Position numbers and translations under genes: made by a program
The notes under the pieces: model-generated
What the model saw: only the letters and a program-made list of their open reading frames with translations
The model's database searches: none
What the model was told of the DNA's origin: nothing
Origin: Selaginella moellendorffii
Lineage: Eukaryota > Plantae > Lycopodiophyta
Reading direction: 5' to 3'
DNA: 64,000 bases
Assembly (NCBI RefSeq): GCF_000143415.4
Contig: NW_003314460.1
Span: 4,369 to 68,368, forward strand
Shown: piece after piece, positions 61,887 to 64,000 of the stretch
Layout of the letters: the number at the start of each line of letters is the position of its first letter
Position numbering within the stretch: the first letter of the stretch is position 1

Positions 61887-64000
61887 CTTGGCTGCGGGAC
61901 TCTCCTTCCATGCTATAAGTTGGTATATGGAAGGGAAGGTAAGCTTTTCTGGATTCCACTTCAGCTTCCATTGTTTGTTCTTGTAGATGCAAGAATTGGC
62001 TGCGATGTCTTCAAATTCCAATGCCCTGGATTGAGCTGGCCATTGCATACTATTCTTCTGTCAAAAGGAACATCCTAGAGAGGCGAGAACTGGCTGGTTT
62101 GCATGTGGTCAACAAGCTCAGCGCTCCATACCAGAGCACTGACGAGCATCCTGCAGAACCTTTTTATTTGCCAAGGACAGTGAGTTGCATATGCCAAGAT
62201 TGAAAAGAGCCAGGTGATACGTTCACCATCAGCAGCTGATCAGGTTTAGGAGGTAAGTAACTCTCCTCAAGTGTGTTTGACAGGCTGTTTGTTTCCTTGG
62301 TCGTTTCAATAAAAAAAGAAAGTGGACTATTGCGGGAAGAGGCTCTCCTTGGGTTCCATGAGAAAGCTCTGGAAATTAGCAGGTAACTCCTCAGGTTTTG
62401 TGTTCTTTCGGGTGATATGATCTTGTGTCATGCCACTCAGGCCAGGAAGCACCCGGCACTGGCCAATGCAGTGGGTCAGCAATTAGAATTTATCTGCTTG
62501 ACCCAGGGGGAAGGACTGGTAATTTTATTTCATTTTTTATTTGTTCTTGCCTTGGTGAAAAGCTAAGTTTCAGTTGCTCAATCCTTGACGTGATTCCATG
62601 TGAATAGCATACCAATTTTCTTATGTGCCAGAACGTAGCTGGTTCAAACTGTTCTCAGCTCTGGTGAGTTGCTGATTCAATCTTTCANNNNNNNNNNNNN
62701 NNNNNNNNNNNNNNNNNNNNNNNNNNNNNNNNNNNNNNNNNNNNNNNNNNNNNNNNNNNNNNNNNNNNNNNNNNNNNNNNNNNNNNNNNNNNNNNNNNNN
62801 NNNNNNNNNNNNNNNNNNNNNNNNNNNNNNNNNNNNNNNNNNNNNNNNNNNNNNNNNNNNNNNNNNNNNNNNNNNNNNNNNNNNNNNNNNNNNNNNNNNN
62901 NNNNNNNNNNNNNNNNNNNNNNNNNNNNNNNNNNNNNNNNNNNNNNNNNNNNNNNNNNNNNNNNNNNNNNNNNNNNNNNNNNNNNNNNNNNNNNNNNNNN
63001 NNNNNNNNNNNNNNNNNNNNNNNNNNNNNNNNNNNNNNNNNNNNNNNNNNNNNNNNNNNNNNNNNNNNNNNNNNNNNNNNNNNNNNNNNNNNNNNNNNNN
63101 NNNNNNNNNNNNNNNNNNNNNNNGATGGCAGCGATGACCCAGCAGCAATTCTACAATGCAAGCAGCCTGATCGAGGTGGGGCCTCTAGGATTGATGTTGG
63201 CATGGACACTTTTGCTGTGTCATCGAGCTCACCAGGTATGTGTGCCTTTACATTCTCAACTCCTTTCATTTGCTCACTTTGTGTATGTGTCAGAGAGAAA
63301 GATGACAAGTCATGTTTTTCTCGATCAAATGAGTGAGGTAAGAGAGGTCTCTTCCCTTTTGTGCCATTGTAAACTACACATCCAGTCTTGTGATTATTTT
63401 TACAAACTGCTGTGGCATTCAAGCTAATGGCTCACAATCAATACAACTATTCTTTTTATTGTTATTGACTCTGATATCTTTGTGGCACTTTTCCTTCTCA
63501 TGTTTGATGTTTCTGTAGGAGAAAAGATGGATCGGAAAATGAAGATGTAAAAATGTGAAAATGAAGTAATCTCAGCACATAATAGCAAGGATTGCAGGTT
63601 TAATCAACCTTAAACTCATGACACTGTGTCCAGGTAATTTATGGTAAAGTAGAATATGTCGAATTCTAGAAAAAGTAGTTGTTCTTATTTCCAATGAATG
63701 AGCTTTTGGAGGTGCTTGTGTGTTTTACAGACTGGTTTTCCTATTGCAGGTCTCCCTTCTTATTCCCAGGAGTGGCAGAAAGGCTGGGATTTATTTATTT
63801 TGGTTCTTCTGATTGGAAACTACTGAGATTCAGTGTTGAGCTCTAATAATGAAAGGCAGAGAATTTATGGTTGCCATATTCTTGTAGTGGGGATACAATC
63901 CTGAAATTTTGTGTTTTATTACATTGTTACAGTTTTGGAGCCGATCAAAATATCCAGTATTTGCTTGAAATTTCCCAACGAGGAGGGCACTGCAAATACA

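Larger units (their letters stand above)
4014..63123. other. Six assembly gaps: 4014-4206, 7108-7758, 10226-10817, 11982-12602, 54963-55098, 62688-63123
   Basis: Runs of N. Confidence 0.99.

Noticed and set aside
1-64000. Autonomous transposase/RepHel or gag-pol coding region
   Set aside because: No long ORF or HUH, helicase, RT or integrase motifs seen in the ORF track or by eye.

Overview
Eukaryotic plant nuclear DNA from a draft assembly with six N-gaps. It is most likely a lycophyte such as Selaginella (inference from 50-70 bp GT-AG introns, an ALDH21 gene and a PLS-type PPR remnant). I cannot support any intact, clearly functional gene. The window has two layers. (1) 1-38.7 kb and 54.7-64 kb are a mosaic of AT-rich non-autonomous Helitron-like modules, with many CCCAGC-nnn-GCTGGG...CTAG|T 3' ends. 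They are interleaved with duplicated, decaying, intron-containing host gene fragments: Kelch-repeat protein x3, TIC32-like SDR x2, ALDH21 x2, FGAM synthase x2, LAF3-like amidohydrolase + kinase x2, CENH3/H3-like, PPR, DNAJC16-like, Serinc and CYP88/KAO-like. A ~220-bp promoter-like cassette (MSA consensus TCTAACGGTT, TTCAAA repeats, microsatellite) occurs five times. Four copies directly follow a Helitron 3' end and all five precede gene fragments. (2) 38728-54660 is a non-autonomous LTR retrotransposon (TSD ATGAG) with a second non-autonomous LTR element (39813-47941, TSD CAGAC) nested in its 5' LTR. The most striking observation is that these young elements have no gag-pol ORFs; their internal regions instead read as near wall-to-wall arrays of short G.U-containing hairpins on the + strand. 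Element A also carries tRNA T-arm mimics and a duplicated domain showing compensatory stem changes. All structure calls were made by eye and need folding and covariation tests.
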